Translations under genes and position numbers: made by a program | Part shown: piece by piece, positions 48,615-56,972 of the stretch | How the letters are laid out: every line of letters begins with the position of its first letter | Numbering within the stretch: position 1 is the stretch's first letter | Source of the DNA: a virus | Lineage: Duplodnaviria > Caudoviricetes | DNA length: 64,000 nt | Reading direction: 5' to 3' (one strand) | IMG/VR virus record: IMGVR_UViG_3300037067_013225 | Coordinates: 96,001 to 160,000 of that record | The notes under the pieces: model-generated | Seen by the model: the letters and a program-made list of their open reading frames with translations, nothing else | What the model was told of the DNA's origin: nothing | Databases searched by the model: none

Positions 48615-48865
48615 TTGTTGTTCCCTTCTCCGTAAAATATTTCGGCTTCCTCCGGCATCATATTGCTGAAGGTTAAATAACGATGATCTCTTTTGAGAAC
48701 CAGACCGCTATATTTTTCTCGTACCACAACACGGCAACCATCAATCCAATTGGCTGTGGCAACCGGTTGGATAAGCAAGATTTCCCATTTTCTCAATCCC
48801 CACATCCATGCCCAAAAATATAATAACCATTGCATCATTCGCCACCACGCCCCTTTGTTTTCCAA
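48611..48865 (-). CDS. Trp-rich hypothetical protein
   Basis: Coupled ORF; the start is probably the internal ATG. Confidence 0.45.
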   Translation of the reverse strand: MENKGAWWRMMQWLLYFWAWMWGLRKWEILLIQPVATANWIDGCRVVVREKYSGLVLKRDHRYLTFSNMMPEEAEIFYGEGNNK

Positions 48866-49017
48866 ATTATTTCTGCGGAATCAAAAATTTCCTTGATCTT
48901 TTTAGAGCGGCAACGTGGACATTTCGCTTTGTCCTTGTCCTCATAGGGACAATCGATTTCGAACACTATATCGCATTTTTCGCAAACGAATTCGTAAGTA
49001 GGAATTGTATTCTCCAT
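48835..49017 (-). CDS. FmdB-family zinc-ribbon protein
   Basis: PTYEFVCEKC...FE...CPRCRS. Confidence 0.75.
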   Translation of the reverse strand: MENTIPTYEFVCEKCDIVFEIDCPYEDKDKAKCPRCRSKKIKEIFDSAEIIWKTKGRGGE

Positions 49018-49026
49018 ATATTTATT

Positions 49027-49425
49027 TTAAAAATCTATCTCTTGGAAATCCCTTTCCATAAGACTGACAAAATATTTTTCCACGATTTTAATCATATCTT
49101 GTGCGTCGATAATTGTTTTATTTCCGATTGATACTGCGTTGATGGCCTCTTTCATCTCGCGCCACGTTATGGTCCATAGAATATCTGCCTGTCGCTCACC
49201 ATTCGGTGTATATTCGTGCGTCAATGCAGGTGGGCAGTGCTCTAATACTTGTATAAAAAACTCATAATATGGAAAATTATTATTTAACGAGTTTATTATT
49301 TCGCCGAAAAAGAGATCAACGAATTCCCTTTTCGCTATGTCGGCGCGAATAAGGACATTATCATCCGTAATATCTGTTAAATTAATGGTGAGTGATCTGC
49401 ACAGACTGCAATCATCTGCTAGCAT
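49027..49425 (-). CDS. Hypothetical protein with a C-terminal FQEIDF tag
   Basis: Coupled ORF with a GGAG RBS. Confidence 0.6.
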   Translation of the reverse strand: MLADDCSLCRSLTINLTDITDDNVLIRADIAKREFVDLFFGEIINSLNNNFPYYEFFIQVLEHCPPALTHEYTPNGERQADILWTITWREMKEAINAVSIGNKTIIDAQDMIKIVEKYFVSLMERDFQEIDF

Positions 49426-49979
49426 TTACTCCACCCACAATTAATACAATATTTACAACCAGCCTCATATACTAGGGACATTTCTGCACATGTAGGACAT
49501 TTCTCTATTTTTTTATTCTTAATATAGAGACTTAATCGTTTCGCTATATGATATGTGATGTTAGAAACGTTATGATCTAGAGAATTTAGCACATCTACCA
49601 CTCGCTCTACTGGAACTTCGTGCCGCAATAATAATGACACGGCTCTACTAAGTTTACCAGTATTCGGTTCGTTTTTTCCCTTAATCTTTTGCTCAGTTAA
49701 AAAGATATCCTCGATACCGAATAGCTTTCCTAGCTCATTCAATCTGTCTATAGCGTCAGATATATTTGCGGATGAATCTCGCGAATTCGTTTTAATGAAT
49801 ACTTCGTAAGGTTTTCCGTTGTGTATATTGATCGTTAAGTACCATTTCTTCCCCTCGGCTCTAATATCGTATGTTTTACCATCCAATACCGAGGGTCGTT
49901 TTTCAACGACACGTTCCATTTGAGCTAAATCACGGTTCACCTGAGAGATATCTGGATCTTCATTTGTCATTGTGCTCAA
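49419..49979 (-). CDS. NrdJb/TSCPD-like C-terminal subunit of class II ribonucleotide reductase
   Basis: KRPSVLDGKTY...YLTIN...KPYEVFI...LSRAVSLLLRH...CPTC...EAGCKYCINCGWSKC. Confidence 0.8.
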   Translation of the reverse strand: MSTMTNEDPDISQVNRDLAQMERVVEKRPSVLDGKTYDIRAEGKKWYLTINIHNGKPYEVFIKTNSRDSSANISDAIDRLNELGKLFGIEDIFLTEQKIKGKNEPNTGKLSRAVSLLLRHEVPVERVVDVLNSLDHNVSNITYHIAKRLSLYIKNKKIEKCPTCAEMSLVYEAGCKYCINCGWSKC

Positions 49980-50292
49980 TTTTCACATCCAATATTTGGG
50001 CTAGTTTTTCAAACCACAATAATGCTGTTTCGATATCATTGCTACTACCTAGACAGTGTTGGCGATTATCCTCAAAATGTATCCATAATTTAGCCACATC
50101 ACCTTCTTCGAACCGTAACCCAGAGACTAATTCGTGAGGGCAAAAACCCACCGGGATATTGCCTTCTCCGAATCCCTCATCAAAGAACAATAATTTTGTT
50201 TTTTTAGAGCACACAAAACTGTGTGGCTCTGACAGATTTGTACTAAGGGCCAAAACGCTCTCATTGTCGCAAAAATTATCAATCTTTTTCAT
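49960..50292 (-). CDS. Hypothetical protein
   Basis: Coupled ORF. Confidence 0.5.
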   Translation of the reverse strand: MKKIDNFCDNESVLALSTNLSEPHSFVCSKKTKLLFFDEGFGEGNIPVGFCPHELVSGLRFEEGDVAKLWIHFEDNRQHCLGSSNDIETALLWFEKLAQILDVKIEHNDK

Positions 50293-50815
50293 TCATGATA
50301 TCTCGGATTCTTTTAATTTTACTGGGATTGGTTATATTCCATTTATGCGTATGATCCTCTGAAATAATCAACGGTGTTAGTTCATTCTCGGAAATCTCCA
50401 AAAAGGTCATCCATTCTGGTAGCGCTTTGCGTTGCGATGATACATCCATGTTACGGAATATTTCGTTAAGATCTGCGAATACATGGATATTGCAGTCTTT
50501 CGGTGGTTTTACATTTCGGAAAAACATTTCTACAAAAAGATCCCATACTTCAGTATCAGACATTAGTATATTGTCTGAAATTACATCTTGTACATCGCAT
50601 ATCTCTATGTGTTTGAAAGCGATTTTCAATTGTGCGACGATATGTTTATGTATCTTTGTTACAACTTTACATTGTGTATTCTCGATCCAACTATACATAT
50701 CTGAAAAATCTTTCGGAAATGTAGATGATTTAATCACAGATGTAACGATATTGTCATAGATATCAGGATCTATGTCAATGAATAGGCTTCCAATTGAATA
50801 TGCTAGCGGTTTCAT
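50279..50815 (-). CDS. Hypothetical protein
   Basis: Coupled ORF with a GGAG RBS. Confidence 0.55.
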   Translation of the reverse strand: MKPLAYSIGSLFIDIDPDIYDNIVTSVIKSSTFPKDFSDMYSWIENTQCKVVTKIHKHIVAQLKIAFKHIEICDVQDVISDNILMSDTEVWDLFVEMFFRNVKPPKDCNIHVFADLNEIFRNMDVSSQRKALPEWMTFLEISENELTPLIISEDHTHKWNITNPSKIKRIRDIMNEKD

Positions 50816-51156
50816 TATTTACTCCGATTCCATAAAAACATCCACATATATAATATGCACAATCCGTGTTCTCCGATACTCAACAAGGCACGGCCCTTAT
50901 GATCCGCATCATTTGTCCATCTATTCAGATAGAATGAACCAATAGCCAATCCTCTACCTTTAGATCCTCCCCATACACAGTGAATTAACGCGCCAATACC
51001 GATACCGTATATGCAGAGTAATCCAATAGTGAGATCATAATTTTCAAGCAATCCTACCAAAAACGATATCCATGTCGGTGTATCGATATATAGAAAGAAA
51101 CGTAAGGTTTTGGTTTTCTTATAGTAACCTATTATATTAATCATAGAGCGTCCCAT
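50815..51156 (-). CDS. Hydrophobic, probably membrane, protein
   Basis: Several hydrophobic stretches; coupled ORF. Confidence 0.45.
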   Translation of the reverse strand: MGRSMINIIGYYKKTKTLRFFLYIDTPTWISFLVGLLENYDLTIGLLCIYGIGIGALIHCVWGGSKGRGLAIGSFYLNRWTNDADHKGRALLSIGEHGLCILYMWMFLWNRSK

Positions 51157-51416
51157 TCATCTTCGCTGAGAGTTACGAACTGATACGTGACGGTTTCACC
51201 ATCGGTCACGGCAGTAACGGCTTGTTGCATATAGTGAACGATATCGGCACAACTAACCAGATCTCGTCCGATGATTGCATCTTCTGGGCATTCGCATAGC
51301 GGTCCTACATATTGGACTTCCTTGCCATTGATGTATAGTTTTTGCCGGTCATAAAAATCGTCATCCGTGTATGAGTAAACTACAAGCTCCATGGTTTTTC
51401 TCTCCTGATGTGACAT
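51141..51416 (-). CDS. Hypothetical phage protein
   Basis: LCECPEDAIIGRDL segment; AGGAG RBS before the internal MELVV. Confidence 0.6.
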   Translation of the reverse strand: MSHQERKTMELVVYSYTDDDFYDRQKLYINGKEVQYVGPLCECPEDAIIGRDLVSCADIVHYMQQAVTAVTDGETVTYQFVTLSEDEWDAL

Positions 51417-51973
51417 TGTTTTTCCAAAATAGATATCGCGCGATGATATTTCGCTTGCTTCCGCTGATATCGGTTCAGATCTTCTCCCGATACTGATGTG
51501 AACAATTTTTCCACTCGTTCAGAATCGGTATTATGTCTAAGATCGGCCAACTTAACATATCCCGCAATCAGATTTTCGCTTGCGGCAATATTATCTATAT
51601 AAGTATCATATTCACAAAAATTATCATGCGTCAAGATATCGATTGTTTCCGCAATCGTGTCTCCAAACAATCCCTTGATAATTTTATATGTATTGGGGAT
51701 TTCTTTACTGCAAGGCTCTACAAATGGGCCATCCTCCCAAGCATCATGCAAATATGCCACTATTGTACAGTCATAATACAATGGATGAATAGTGAATGGC
51801 TTTGCGCTTGACTCCAATATATCTGATACGTGATTAACCACAGCATTGATATGATGCATATATGGCTTTCCCACAAGATCGTGCTGTCCGTAATGATATA
51901 GTTCCGCCATCGACCGAGCCATATCAACCTGGCGTTGTCTGTAACAGTAATCTGTTTCTGAATATTCTGGCAT
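51380..51973 (-). CDS. HD-domain hydrolase, RelA/SpoT-type small alarmone hydrolase-like
   Basis: HYGQHD..GKPYMHH...VAYLHDAWED...LTH...VKLADLRHN. Confidence 0.8.
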   Translation of the reverse strand: MPEYSETDYCYRQRQVDMARSMAELYHYGQHDLVGKPYMHHINAVVNHVSDILESSAKPFTIHPLYYDCTIVAYLHDAWEDGPFVEPCSKEIPNTYKIIKGLFGDTIAETIDILTHDNFCEYDTYIDNIAASENLIAGYVKLADLRHNTDSERVEKLFTSVSGEDLNRYQRKQAKYHRAISILEKQCHIRREKPWSL

Positions 51974-51979
51974 GGTCTA

Positions 51980-52008
51980 AGTATACCACGAAATCGCGTT
52001 AAAGTCAA
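51980..52008 (-). promoter_or_regulatory. Sigma70 promoter TTGACT-N17-TATACT (extended -10) giving a leaderless mRNA
   Basis: -35 at 52008-52003 and -10 at 51985-51980. The ATG at 51973 is the 7th base after the -10, and there is no SD. Confidence 0.8.
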
Positions 52009-52010
52009 GT

Positions 52011-52035
52011 AAAAAGGGCCGGTTTCCCGACCCTT
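52011..52035 (-). terminator. Intrinsic terminator
   Basis: Minus strand AAGGGUCGG-GAAA-CCGGCCCUUUUU. Confidence 0.85.
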
Positions 52036-52205
52036 CGACTTTCTCGCCTATCTTGCGAAGTAACCCCTTGGGTACTTTTCAGCGGAAAAGAACCTTCTGG
52101 CACTCATACTGGGTTTCTGCAACGTTGGTGCCGCGTTCGCAGGTTCCCAAATCCGTTCTACGGCCAATGATCGGTTGGTTGGAATATCCCACGGATTCCT
52201 CGTAT
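52011..52205 (-). ncRNA. Unidentified structured RNA of about 195 nt
   Basis: Bounded by a consensus promoter and a terminator; GC-richer than its surroundings; several helices and a GGCAC/GUGCC pseudoknot. Confidence 0.65.
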
Positions 52206-52211
52206 GCTCAG

Positions 52212-52240
52212 ATTATACCACAATTAGACGCCAATGTCAA
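52212..52240 (-). promoter_or_regulatory. Perfect-consensus sigma70 promoter TTGACA-N17-TATAAT with extended -10
   Basis: Minus strand TTGACA TTGGCGTCTAATTGTGG TATAAT. Confidence 0.9.
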
Positions 52241-52252
52241 GCGTTACAGGCA

Positions 52253-52411
52253 TCATTCTGTCTCATCCCCAGAATCAGCGTCATGTACGACAAGATTTTC
52301 CCATTGCCCACTGTGACAGAATTCACACTCTATATATAGTTGGGTTTGTGGTACATGTCTAACGTTATTAAGTTGCAAAAACAAAATATTATGTCCGCAT
52401 GGCGATAGCAT
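52253..52411 (-). CDS. Small ORF not in the track (52 aa, MLSPCGHN...IECEFCHSG...ETE), possible Zn ribbon
   Basis: Translated by hand; starts 1 nt after the nrdJ stop. Confidence 0.5.
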   Translation of the reverse strand: MLSPCGHNILFLQLNNVRHVPQTQLYIECEFCHSGQWENLVVHDADSGDETE

Positions 52412-52412
52412 T

Positions 52413-54410
52413 TCATTGTGCATATGGATGTCCGTATTTATTGATATATTCTGCGCTAAAATTATACTGATATTCTGGATCTAAATCTGTTGGATATTTA
52501 TCGAACAAAATAATTCCTACACGGCCCTCATTTCGTTGAACATAGATAGAGCAGCCCTTTAAGTTATGTTCATATGCGGCAATATATATTTTCTCTATTT
52601 CTGCCGGTGATGCATTATTCTCGTTAAGATTATATGTTACAGACACAGATGCATCGATCCATTTCTGAATACCTTCCATGAGGGATATTTTTTTGCGCCA
52701 ATTAATTTCATGTGCAACTTTGCATTCTTTTTTTGTGATTGCGGAATCCATTAATGCGATTTTTTCTTGGTCGGTAGATAATAGTTCCGGATCTATTCCG
52801 GTGCGTTCTAGGACAATTTGCCGTGCCACAGGATGTAAAATCAGTTGCCAGCGCCATTCATAGGGATAATTTTTCGGCACCACTCTAGTTCTGCGATAGT
52901 ACCAAGTATCCATGATTGGCTCTACTCCTGATGACGACTTCAATATGATTGATCCCGTACCAACAGGAGGTATTGTCAAACAACATACATTTCTCATTCC
53001 GTATTCGAAATCGCTATATTGGAACGTACCAGAATCGATTAAATGTTTCATAAATCCGGATTTAAATATCGGATGCTGAGAAATGACGTGCTTGGCTCTA
53101 TCAACTTTCCACAAACACCACGGTTTTCCATGAGATGATATAGTAGAATCATCCCATGCCGGATATGGTTCACGTTCTTTAGCCAACTTAATACTCTGTT
53201 TATACGCACCGATACACATTGCGCGAGTTAATTGTTCCGCGATATCGCATGCGCGATCTGAATCGTAAGCTATTCCACAGCGCAATAGATAGTCGGCTAG
53301 CCCGGTATATCCTACGCCAACACGACGCAATGCTTCTAAATCCTTGCGCTGTATAACTGTGGGACAGCGATCATCTCTAAGCTGGCAGGATACCGTGTTA
53401 TCTAGGAAATGTAATATTTCTCCCGCACGTGATTCTACCAACACCAAGGCTTTATCAAGATCGATTGGAAGATCGGCTAGATTAATATTGGATAACACAC
53501 ATGACGATCCATTTGATAGGATTTCCTCCGAGCAGCCATTAACCGATGCTATAGGATATCCTATGGCATCACTGTTGGACATGCGTTGTGATGTAGACCA
53601 ATATAATAACCCAGGTTCAGCATGTTCGTATGCATTCTGGGCGATTAGCTTCATTAATTTGCGTGCTTTAATAGTTTTGTATATTTTGTTGTCGAAGGTT
53701 AGATCCCATGTTGCGTTCTTTTTATACGCTTCGAAAAATGCATTGCTTATTTTTATGGAAATGTTAGCGGATTGAATTTTAGTATAGTCGCTTTTAACCG
53801 TAATAAATTCTTCTATATCGGGATGATTATCGTCAATGCATAATAGAAGCGCGCCGCGCCTATTGTGCGCGGCGATCAATCCGGTTGTTTGACTAAATAG
53901 TTGCATCCATGAAACCGCACCGGTGGAGGTTTTTGCCGCATTGTGTGTGGGTGATCCAGCGGGACGTAGAGCGGTCATGTCATAGCCAAGCCCTTCTCCG
54001 CGAGAACTGACTTTGGCGGTAATATATGCGGCTTCAAATATCCCTTCTAATGAATCTGCCTCTATGGGATCTCCGTTTCTATCTACGCCCAATGCGAATC
54101 CGGTGCAATTAATTAGAGATGTTTTGTCGGTATTTCCTGCACCATATATGATGCGTCCACCCGGAATAAATTCGCGATTGAACATCATTGAAAACCATTT
54201 TAGAGCCTTGGCCTGTTGTGAAGCTTTGTCTGGCTCTACTGATGCTATATATGTAGCTATACGCCAAAATACTTCGCCGGGAGTTTCTTTTGTTCCATCG
54301 GGCTTATCTAGGGCATATTTGCGATTAAATACATCTATTGCAAATTGATCGTGATTGAAATATTCTTCCGTTGTGATTGCTATTTCTGTCGGTTGCGATT
54401 GCTGTGTCAA
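52413..54410 (-). CDS. nrdJ: Class II (adenosylcobalamin-dependent) ribonucleotide reductase, catalytic subunit
   Basis: FIPGGRI, SLINC, GAVSWM, RRGA, HPDIEEFITVK, ANISI, AEPGL, NGCSE, SCVLSNINL, RRVGVGYTGLAD, QKWIDASVSVTYN, LKGCSIY. An NrdJb-like gene is nearby and no nrdB is in the window. Confidence 0.85.
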   Translation of the reverse strand: MTQQSQPTEIAITTEEYFNHDQFAIDVFNRKYALDKPDGTKETPGEVFWRIATYIASVEPDKASQQAKALKWFSMMFNREFIPGGRIIYGAGNTDKTSLINCTGFALGVDRNGDPIEADSLEGIFEAAYITAKVSSRGEGLGYDMTALRPAGSPTHNAAKTSTGAVSWMQLFSQTTGLIAAHNRRGALLLCIDDNHPDIEEFITVKSDYTKIQSANISIKISNAFFEAYKKNATWDLTFDNKIYKTIKARKLMKLIAQNAYEHAEPGLLYWSTSQRMSNSDAIGYPIASVNGCSEEILSNGSSCVLSNINLADLPIDLDKALVLVESRAGEILHFLDNTVSCQLRDDRCPTVIQRKDLEALRRVGVGYTGLADYLLRCGIAYDSDRACDIAEQLTRAMCIGAYKQSIKLAKEREPYPAWDDSTISSHGKPWCLWKVDRAKHVISQHPIFKSGFMKHLIDSGTFQYSDFEYGMRNVCCLTIPPVGTGSIILKSSSGVEPIMDTWYYRRTRVVPKNYPYEWRWQLILHPVARQIVLERTGIDPELLSTDQEKIALMDSAITKKECKVAHEINWRKKISLMEGIQKWIDASVSVTYNLNENNASPAEIEKIYIAAYEHNLKGCSIYVQRNEGRVGIILFDKYPTDLDPEYQYNFSAEYINKYGHPYAQ

Positions 54411-54413
54411 GTG

Positions 54414-54713
54414 TTATTCCTCGAAAAATTTACCATATAGCGCATTCATTATTTCGCTCGATTGTATAGCTTGCAATCCGCGCTTCTTCCATTCCCAATT
54501 AACCTGAAAGTCATGGCACCATATTTGGATGGGCATTTTACCGCAAGGGCAATGCAATCCCTCATTGGTAGCGATTAATCTGCCATGATTTAGTTGTTCC
54601 ATTCTATTGCAATCATCGTAAGAACAGCAAGTGAACGGATGAAACATGCCGCATTTTTGATATTCATTAAATGAAGCTACTTCGTCATCTGTAAATGGTG
54701 CTTCTTTTTTCAT
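54414..54713 (-). CDS. Cys-rich hypothetical phage protein
   Basis: HPFTC...LIAT..GLHCPC...QIWCH. Confidence 0.6.
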   Translation of the reverse strand: MKKEAPFTDDEVASFNEYQKCGMFHPFTCCSYDDCNRMEQLNHGRLIATNEGLHCPCGKMPIQIWCHDFQVNWEWKKRGLQAIQSSEIMNALYGKFFEE

Positions 54714-55486
54714 TTAAGTTTTTCCTTAACTTCCGCAAGGAAATCGTCTACGATATCCGATAGTGCGGAACTCCATTGTTTGCTATTTGATAGACGTTGT
54801 TCCAGTTTATCGATATATTCGGTTAGACATCCTACATGCGTTTGTGCATATCTTCCCGTTCCAAATAATCCGCGTGGTACATAGATTGACGGCCAACGAG
54901 ACGGCTTGCCAGACCATGGTTCACACGGTTCGCCACACAAACAACACGGATCTGTTGCATGTACATCTGTTTGGCTGGACAAAATCGTTTCCAGTTCAGA
55001 TATGCGTTTTTGATATTCCTCAATCATATCCGTTTGTATTTCTAATTCTACGCATTTCTGACATTGTGTTGTCCCCTCCCATAGCTCGTCAGAATATCCA
55101 CCATAGCGGGGGAACATGGCTCCACAGGTTGAACAGATATGAACATCAGATAGACTGTTGTTCTGCACTTTCAAATTCGCAACCAATGCATTGAGGGCAT
55201 CCACTTCTATGCACTTAGAACATCGCGTTACTCCATCCCACGCGGCATCCGGCAACCCGCGTCGATCAAACATTGCACCACATGTAGAGCAGGTGAATAG
55301 ATCGGATAGATTATTGATGCGTGTATTTTTTGCATCAAGTTGACGTACCACTGATTCAGGCAACTCAATCATTTCGTTATAATCTTCTCCGCAACCTAGA
55401 TTGCACCACCAAAGACGATTTTGCGGGTGATAACCGCACACTTTACATGCATAATGTTTATCCATCTTCAACCTCGCATTCATCAT
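54710..55486 (-). CDS. Multi-zinc-finger/coiled-coil protein with an internal duplication
   Basis: Two copies of LSDxxxCSTCGAMFxR...WxGxTxCxKC plus two further Cys/His clusters. Confidence 0.6.
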   Translation of the reverse strand: MMNARLKMDKHYACKVCGYHPQNRLWWCNLGCGEDYNEMIELPESVVRQLDAKNTRINNLSDLFTCSTCGAMFDRRGLPDAAWDGVTRCSKCIEVDALNALVANLKVQNNSLSDVHICSTCGAMFPRYGGYSDELWEGTTQCQKCVELEIQTDMIEEYQKRISELETILSSQTDVHATDPCCLCGEPCEPWSGKPSRWPSIYVPRGLFGTGRYAQTHVGCLTEYIDKLEQRLSNSKQWSSALSDIVDDFLAEVKEKLK

Positions 55487-55709
55487 CTGATGATGCCCAA
55501 GCGATCATATCCGGAGTCAAACTAATCGTGCATTCACCTCGCCCGCACTTGGCGAGAACGCACATTTTGGCAAATCTTGGACGTGGTGTGTTACATTTGG
55601 GGCATACCAATAATCCATCTGCATATATTTGTTCGCAGTTGATATTTATGGTAAAATCTACTCGTTCGTAGCAATCCTTCCCCATACAACCGTAATTATG
55701 TTCACTCAT
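55458..55709 (-). CDS. Small Cys-rich protein
   Basis: CxxxxC and CPKC; AAGGA RBS. Confidence 0.55.
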   Translation of the reverse strand: MSEHNYGCMGKDCYERVDFTININCEQIYADGLLVCPKCNTPRPRFAKMCVLAKCGRGECTISLTPDMIAWASSDDECEVEDG

Positions 55710-55889
55710 TTATCCTTTCCTTGAAAGATCCCTAGATTGTTCTCTTACTTTTGATGCGAAATCCCCACCCAGCGGCTCTAATAAATCTTCACTTTGCGTT
55801 TCATAAATATATAATTCCTCCATACAATTGGGACATATGCCATCATACATACGGCATCCGCAATCTTCGCAATAACTATATGTGGACAT
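55710..55889 (-). CDS. Small zinc-ribbon ORF not in the track (59 aa, MSTYSYCEDCGCRMYDGICPNCMEE...)
   Basis: Translated by hand; AGGAGAG RBS; abuts the next gene. Confidence 0.65.
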   Translation of the reverse strand: MSTYSYCEDCGCRMYDGICPNCMEELYIYETQSEDLLEPLGGDFASKVREQSRDLSRKG

Positions 55890-56613
55890 GTTCTCTCCTT
55901 AGAAATAGCTTTTCTGTAGCCTTTTTAGAGGCAATATCTTTCGTTAATGACGAACAAACATTCTGAGACCACAAACATACCCAATCTGGCGGTGCGTTAT
56001 ATTCGGAGACAAAAACCGGATTAGTTTGCGATTGGATATTGCACCACTCCCAAAATTCATCATGCGAAAAAGGTATTTCATACTGTGTGCTATTTTGATA
56101 TGGCGGATCGCAATACACTAGGGTATTTTTGGGTATGAATAGATCTTTGTAATTCATAGATATAAATTTTACGGTTTGAATATGTGGTAATTGTTTTAAT
56201 ACGTTATTTTTGCTTTCTAGACAGTGATTTCTTGGATCGCCATTCTTATTCTTACTTCGTGCATATCCACCAAACCACTTTCCCGCATAAGAACATCCCA
56301 CACCGATAAAACCAATATTAGCGGCAATGTCACGTTCTTTGGCGAATGATTCGCGACTTAGCAATCTATAGAAATTGTAAGTTTTTTCATCCAAGTCATC
56401 GGGTGGTATCCATCCGTTTTGTAGAGCCTGGAACATTTTTATTACGTAGATATTGATATCATTGCCGATGCGATTGAAAGTGGGAGGCACTTTTTCGATT
56501 AGATTAGCACCTCCCACGAAGGGTTCTAGCCAATTGGCGCGATTTGGCGCATATTTGAGCATTACCTGGATAAGCTCAGCCGCATATTTGGATTTCGAAC
56601 CCATGTACTTCAT
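55876..56613 (-). CDS. D12-class (Dam-like) N6-adenine DNA methyltransferase
   Basis: MKYMGSK, EPFVGGAN, VYCDPPY, VFVSEY. Confidence 0.9.
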   Translation of the reverse strand: MKYMGSKSKYAAELIQVMLKYAPNRANWLEPFVGGANLIEKVPPTFNRIGNDINIYVIKMFQALQNGWIPPDDLDEKTYNFYRLLSRESFAKERDIAANIGFIGVGCSYAGKWFGGYARSKNKNGDPRNHCLESKNNVLKQLPHIQTVKFISMNYKDLFIPKNTLVYCDPPYQNSTQYEIPFSHDEFWEWCNIQSQTNPVFVSEYNAPPDWVCLWSQNVCSSLTKDIASKKATEKLFLRREHVHI

Positions 56614-56928
56614 TTATTCGCCGCCCAATTTCTTCAGCAGATTATTCCAAATTGCTTCAAGCTCCTCCTTATCAAAATTCGCAATCATCTTCTTGAACCA
56701 CGCCGTAAGCTTTGCAAACTTGCGTTCGCCCAGCTTATATAGCTTGATCAATCCGATATGTACGGCAAAATCGGTAATCTTATCGTCTAGCTTGGATAAA
56801 TCCAACACATCCAAATCGCCAAATTTCTTTTCCAACTTGGCCTTTAGTGTGTCGATAAGTGCGGGATCAATTTGCAATCCCTTACCCTTCACCAGCTCTA
56901 CGAAATTTAAAAACTGACGCTTGTTCAT
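56614..56928 (-). CDS. Lys-rich helical hypothetical protein
   Basis: AGGAG RBS after an AT-rich spacer. Confidence 0.6.
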   Translation of the reverse strand: MNKRQFLNFVELVKGKGLQIDPALIDTLKAKLEKKFGDLDVLDLSKLDDKITDFAVHIGLIKLYKLGERKFAKLTAWFKKMIANFDKEELEAIWNNLLKKLGGE

Positions 56929-56972
56929 ACGTACTCCTAAAAAATATTACCTATTTATGATATTAATATTTA

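Noticed and set aside
52090-52205. Cobalamin riboswitch or glmS ribozyme (GGAAUCCGUG and AGUGCCAGAA fragments; next to a B12-dependent RNR)
   Set aside because: Only short fragments match. The conserved cores (CCCGCAACUGU and the B12 box; GUUGACGAGG after P1) are missing or out of order.
52053-52316. Plus-strand 87-aa ORF over the structured RNA
   Set aside because: TTG start without an RBS, antisense to a perfect promoter-terminator unit, in an otherwise minus-strand region.
53853-53873. GC-rich inverted repeat inside nrdJ
   Set aside because: It coincides with the conserved AAHNRRGA coding segment and has no U-tract.
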